A stretch of 64,000 nt of DNA from a virus: IMG/VR virus record IMGVR_UViG_3300044451_000434, positions 1 to 64,000 of that record; one strand, written 5' to 3'. This document shows, piece by piece, positions 60,065 to 64,000 of the stretch (position 1 is the first letter of the stretch; every line of letters starts with the position of its first letter). The notes under the pieces were generated by a model that made no database searches, was not told the origin of the DNA, and was given only the letters and a program-made list of their open reading frames with translations. The translations under genes and the position numbers were made by a program.

Positions 60065-61123
60065 TCAGTTCAAAGCCTCCGACATTCGCTTTCTAACCGC
60101 AGCAAGCGAAAACATTTCTTCGGCCCTTTTTTTTGCATTTTTTGCCTTTTGGGATGCAATGTCATAGTATTTTTCAACAGCTTCAGCGACTGCCCTCCCC
60201 ACCGACTCCGATGTAATAACTGGCCAATATTTTGAAGAAAATTGCGGGTATCCATCCATAGAAGCCTGCTCCAAACCTGATGGTTCTATTACTAGACCGC
60301 AAGAATCGTCAAAAAAATCAGAAATTCCACCCGACCGTGTGCTCAACACGGGAACACCAGCCGCCATGGCCTGAGCAACGGGTAGACAAAATCCCTCACC
60401 CCTTGAAGCGCATAGAAAGGCGTGGCAAGACGAATACAGCCCTGCCATGCTTTTCTCCGTCAACTCACCCTCAACAATCATAAAACGGTTCCTAAGCGAT
60501 TCAGGCACGATCCTGACCACCTCCGCACGTGCGGCATGGGGTCTGTCTGTCTTTAAGACAAGACAAACCGGATGCCCGGCAGACATAGCGATAGAACATC
60601 CAAGAATTAGTGAAGACCAATTTTTTCTAGCTTTCCAAGCACCCACTGACAATATGACAAAATCGCCTCCATCATAACCCTTGGGATAGGAACGAAAATA
60701 TAGATCTCCGACCATGTGATTTATCACAGAAGATGGTTTTTCTACCCCCGCTTTTTCAAATACTGACTTACAAAACTTGCTTGGATACCAAATGTTGGAA
60801 CATTTTGAGTTTATAGTTTTTATCCAATCTGCAGGAGGATTTTCGCATTCAAATGTGCATATTCCCACCGTCATTTCCGAGCCCTGAGAGAGACCATTCC
60901 ATCTTGGCGGTATAGAGTGCCATATGCTCACTTGGGCGACTCCTGAAAAGTCATGCTGCAATGCTTGGGTGTCTTCATGCGACATCCATGGCTGATTTAT
61001 CATTGGATGCATACTTTTGACCCTAACCTTATGCCCACAAGACCTGAGCACATGTAAATAGCCAAGGGCGGCATGCCCGAACCCCGTGTTGTTTATGAAA
61101 CAGGCATATTCTACTTTAAGCAT
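60065..61123 (-). CDS. Glycosyltransferase, GT-B fold, family GT4 (Glycos_transf_1-like), 352 aa
   Basis: N-terminal TGFGHAA; IWYPSKF; ILSVGAWKARKN; LYSSCHAFLCASRGEGFCLPVAQAMAAGVPVLSTRSGGISDF. Confidence 0.92.
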   Translation of the reverse strand: MLKVEYACFINNTGFGHAALGYLHVLRSCGHKVRVKSMHPMINQPWMSHEDTQALQHDFSGVAQVSIWHSIPPRWNGLSQGSEMTVGICTFECENPPADWIKTINSKCSNIWYPSKFCKSVFEKAGVEKPSSVINHMVGDLYFRSYPKGYDGGDFVILSVGAWKARKNWSSLILGCSIAMSAGHPVCLVLKTDRPHAARAEVVRIVPESLRNRFMIVEGELTEKSMAGLYSSCHAFLCASRGEGFCLPVAQAMAAGVPVLSTRSGGISDFFDDSCGLVIEPSGLEQASMDGYPQFSSKYWPVITSESVGRAVAEAVEKYYDIASQKAKNAKKRAEEMFSLAAVRKRMSEALN

Positions 61124-61124
61124 T

Positions 61125-64000
61125 TCATGTGCTGATCATCGTCAGTCCAGGGAGGGTTTCTCGAGCGTCATGGATAATCCCAAGAGTTCCATTAGAAAGA
61201 TTTTCCACAACCTGTCCAAAAGAATCCACCCTAACAATCCTACCAGCACTTGAACCTATAGCGCTTTCAGCCACAAGAAAAAGACCATCAGCAGTCACGG
61301 AAACATCAGAGGCGTACAGTCCATCAGGACATGTGTACTGAAATGCCCTAGTTCCATCAGACTCGTTCACCACGACTACCCTACCCCTGTAACTCGCGTG
61401 CTTGGCAAGTGCCTGACCGACGAATGCATCAACCTCCCAAAAGTTTATCGGAGGTTCCGTTCCTGACTCAAAATCCACACCAGAAAGCAAAAGTCTGCCA
61501 TCGTCAAATATAACAGCACTGCCAAGAGTAAAATCAGAAACAGCAAAACTTGTGGCTCCACCAAACGCAAAAACTCCAGCCCAATCTGACTTTCTCAATT
61601 TGACAACGGTAGGTACAGTAGGCTGCTGACCTTCTTCTTCATCATCTACCTCCTCTTCAATAACCGTAATTCTCAATTGTATATCAGAAGGAGAAAAATT
61701 AGTCTCAACAAGAGTGCCATTGTCCTCCTGCTCAATACGAACCCGCAAATTTAGAAGATAGGTCGTTCCGACCATCGCTTGGGCGTTCGCACCTGAGGTT
61801 ATGGTCAATATGGAACTAAAAGCACGATCTTGTTTTACTTTGACAGTCCCAGAAAAAGCCGGAGTGCCCTGGAGCACAGGGGGGATGTGTCCGGGTTTTT
61901 CTGGATCATTGATGAAAGAAACTACGTATGGATTTCCATTAGGGTCTATTGATTGATCATCTGGGAATCGATATAAAACTCTAAATTCGAGACCATCACC
62001 TTCGGCAGCTATGTTGAGAAAATATTCGTCTGAGTCTGGACGCAAACCAGCACGTATCCTGTCAAAATTAATTGTACTGTTGCAAACTAACCAATAATCT
62101 CCAGCATCCTCAGCAGATACAGGATGGTACACTGAATTTAGGTAGGTGAAATCACCCACAAACAACCTAAGACCATTGAGTGTGTAATTTGCGGCAAGCA
62201 GACTAGAATTAGTATACGATGTTCTACCAACTACAGAAGGTTCCAATCTGCAGAAAATTTGCAAACCTGCGTCTCTTCCCTGGGTGGCAAGGAGCACTTT
62301 GTCGGTGGACAATTTTATCTGAAACACATTAGGTGGTCTACCATCAGTTATCACCTCATCAAGAGCATTTCCTTTAACCGAGGTTGATCCAATCACAAGT
62401 GTGAACTTACTCTTGTCTGCATTTGCTGCAAAAATTACATCGTCAGAAAAAACCATTTGTAAAATTCTAGTGAAGGGATTCAGAACAGCACACAATGGAA
62501 CAAACTGGCCTCCAGTTGGAAGAGGCTCTGCATTGCCGACGCCCCTAACGAATTTTGCGTCTCTAGATATCTGAAGAACTCTGTTATTGTATGTATCAGA
62601 AACTAAATAACTCTTATCTGAAACTCGTGATATTGAACTGACTTGGTCGAATCCAATAGTAGGCAATCCATTTGCAGACAAGACGCTAGATGGTCTTGAA
62701 GACTGAGAAGGAGATATGGGAAGATCAGCACCCATATATCCAAATTCTGAGAAAAGACTATCATCAAGTTGCTGTATAGAGTCGTTTGAAGCATAAAAAA
62801 TCTTTTTAATTTCTAGCGGAGGCTTAATTCGCACGCTAGCAAGACCAGAATTGGAATCAACAATTTCTGCATTACTCAATGTGCATAAAGACCATTGATC
62901 TCTGCGAGAAAAAACAAATCCAGATTCATTCCCAGTAGTTTTGATCAATATAGAAAAATCTTTGAATAATGGGGCTTCAGATCGATCACTATTTGCCCTC
63001 AAAGACACCTCAATATCCACTATCGTTGCAGAAACATTCAATAATTCTCCCGTTGGCGGAAGAGGCCCTTCGAAAAGCGCAGCATCCACATCTGCAAATG
63101 AATTCCCGTATCTGTATCGCAATTCAATAGCAGAAGTTGGGGGTATATTACTAGAATTCCATTCTATTGCCTGAATAATAAATGGGGAGTTTGCCACATA
63201 TCTGTAGCGTGCAAAGCCTGCTGCTTTAAAAATAACCTCAGTAGCACTCGCAGTGGATGTTCGCACATCGTCTATGTTGAAAGAAAAATCAACCGATCCA
63301 TCTTCTACCTCAAATACCATGGAAGTTATTGATTCGCGCTCAAATGGCGTGAGATTGTATTCAATCAACTTGAAGTTATCCATAGCGGGGTCTGAATTGG
63401 TGGTGATCTCATTTGCAGTGAGAACTATTGCTTTTGCAGTAGTGGTAGCAGTGGTATCTGTCGTGCCTTGGTTGATCAGGTAAAAAGAAACTACAGGGTG
63501 AACATCTGCTATGCACCTGATGTACATGAACAACTTGTTAAAATTACTCCAGTTGCTATTGCTTGATATTATTTTACGGAATATGACTTTGTTTTTCACC
63601 CCAGATCGCAATTTAACTGACTTAACTCCATCGGTTTGCACAGAAACATCACCACTGATACCAACAGTGCTTCCGATATTATCAACCGCAAAAGAAAAAC
63701 CAGGAACTCCAGAATCAGCGCCATTTTCAAAACTATCAGCAAACAAAACAGTCTCTTCATTTATTGTTGATGCAAGCGTGATCCCCGTATTTTCGCCAGA
63801 TAGGACAAATATGTTTTGGTGGGCGTAGTGAGACTTCAATTCATCTTCAGTGTCAAATCTGATGATGCTTATGGTACCTGCGGTCTGCTTTTTGCCTGCT
63901 ATACATCCGCTATTAGGTGAATAAACTGCGGTTGTGGCTCCGAAATCCACAATACTGTCAGTGGATGTGCCAGGAACATAAGTTATCGTGTTGACATGGT
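61125..64000 (-). CDS. Large structural protein with NHL-like propeller blades, >958 aa, 5'-truncated by the window edge
   Basis: The frame stays open from the track's GTG at 63950 to the window end, so the real start is probably outside. YLVSDTYNNRVLQI; ASDVSVTADGLFLVAES..GRIVRVDSFGQVV. IEWNSSNIPPTSAIELRYR..APLFKDFSI resembles a module in the 2726-aa protein. Confidence 0.85.
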   Translation of the reverse strand, partial: HVNTITYVPGTSTDSIVDFGATTAVYSPNSGCIAGKKQTAGTISIIRFDTEDELKSHYAHQNIFVLSGENTGITLASTINEETVLFADSFENGADSGVPGFSFAVDNIGSTVGISGDVSVQTDGVKSVKLRSGVKNKVIFRKIISSNSNWSNFNKLFMYIRCIADVHPVVSFYLINQGTTDTTATTTAKAIVLTANEITTNSDPAMDNFKLIEYNLTPFERESITSMVFEVEDGSVDFSFNIDDVRTSTASATEVIFKAAGFARYRYVANSPFIIQAIEWNSSNIPPTSAIELRYRYGNSFADVDAALFEGPLPPTGELLNVSATIVDIEVSLRANSDRSEAPLFKDFSILIKTTGNESGFVFSRRDQWSLCTLSNAEIVDSNSGLASVRIKPPLEIKKIFYASNDSIQQLDDSLFSEFGYMGADLPISPSQSSRPSSVLSANGLPTIGFDQVSSISRVSDKSYLVSDTYNNRVLQISRDAKFVRGVGNAEPLPTGGQFVPLCAVLNPFTRILQMVFSDDVIFAANADKSKFTLVIGSTSVKGNALDEVITDGRPPNVFQIKLSTDKVLLATQGRDAGLQIFCRLEPSVVGRTSYTNSSLLAANYTLNGLRLFVGDFTYLNSVYHPVSAEDAGDYWLVCNSTINFDRIRAGLRPDSDEYFLNIAAEGDGLEFRVLYRFPDDQSIDPNGNPYVVSFINDPEKPGHIPPVLQGTPAFSGTVKVKQDRAFSSILTITSGANAQAMVGTTYLLNLRVRIEQEDNGTLVETNFSPSDIQLRITVIEEEVDDEEEGQQPTVPTVVKLRKSDWAGVFAFGGATSFAVSDFTLGSAVIFDDGRLLLSGVDFESGTEPPINFWEVDAFVGQALAKHASYRGRVVVVNESDGTRAFQYTCPDGLYASDVSVTADGLFLVAESAIGSSAGRIVRVDSFGQVVENLSNGTLGIIHDARETLPGLTMIST

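Noticed and set aside
515-63828. The many 60-165 aa ORFs in the track
   Set aside because: All lie antisense or out of frame within long, motif-bearing minus-strand genes and show no recognisable domains
1-64000. Diversity-generating retroelement or invertible tail-fibre switch
   Set aside because: No reverse transcriptase, recombinase, template/variable repeat pair with A-specific mismatches, or inverted gene cassette seen in the window
1-64000. Stop-codon recoding, as in some jumbo phages
   Set aside because: Genes are fully open in the standard code with near-complete coding density, and TAA, TAG and TGA all terminate genes
1-64000. Eukaryotic giant virus (NCLDV) origin suggested by RCC1/Kelch/Cys content
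   Set aside because: Overlapping stop-start coupling, GTG/TTG starts and an SD-like site indicate prokaryotic translation; not fully excluded without marker genes

Overview
The window is one almost gap-free, minus-strand cluster of 16 genes. Most junctions are 4-nt ATGA/GTGA/TTGA stop-start overlaps or 1-2 nt gaps, and only three intergenic gaps are 42-78 bp. Five proteins are giant: >3011 aa (missing from the supplied ORF track because it runs off the left edge), 4092, 2726, 2660 and 1777 aa. By eye they are built from Ig/FN3/Big_1 modules, beta-propellers (RCC1/BLIP-II, Kelch, BNR-like, NHL-like), LamG lectin folds, a vWA MIDAS motif, a PPC-like module, a trypsin-like protease with an intact triad, and a paralogous family of glycoside-hydrolase-like barrels. 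Poly-serine tracts and a perfect (GGDG)11 repeat occur among them, and one GT4 glycosyltransferase sits inside the cluster. I saw no housekeeping, secretion, RNA, CRISPR or transposase genes and no obvious signal peptides. Best interpretation (inference): the tail/baseplate/fibre module of a jumbo phage or similar giant prokaryotic element, with domain types reminiscent of Planctomycetota. No capsid, terminase or sheath gene is in the window to confirm this. Main points of interest: an enzyme-armed and possibly glycosylated appendage system, repeated domain-inside-domain insertions, a near-identical poly-Ser DNA cassette shared by genes 39 kb apart, a DPYDP motif shared by three proteins, and a conserved palindromic intergenic motif. 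All domain calls are manual motif recognition; no database searches were run.
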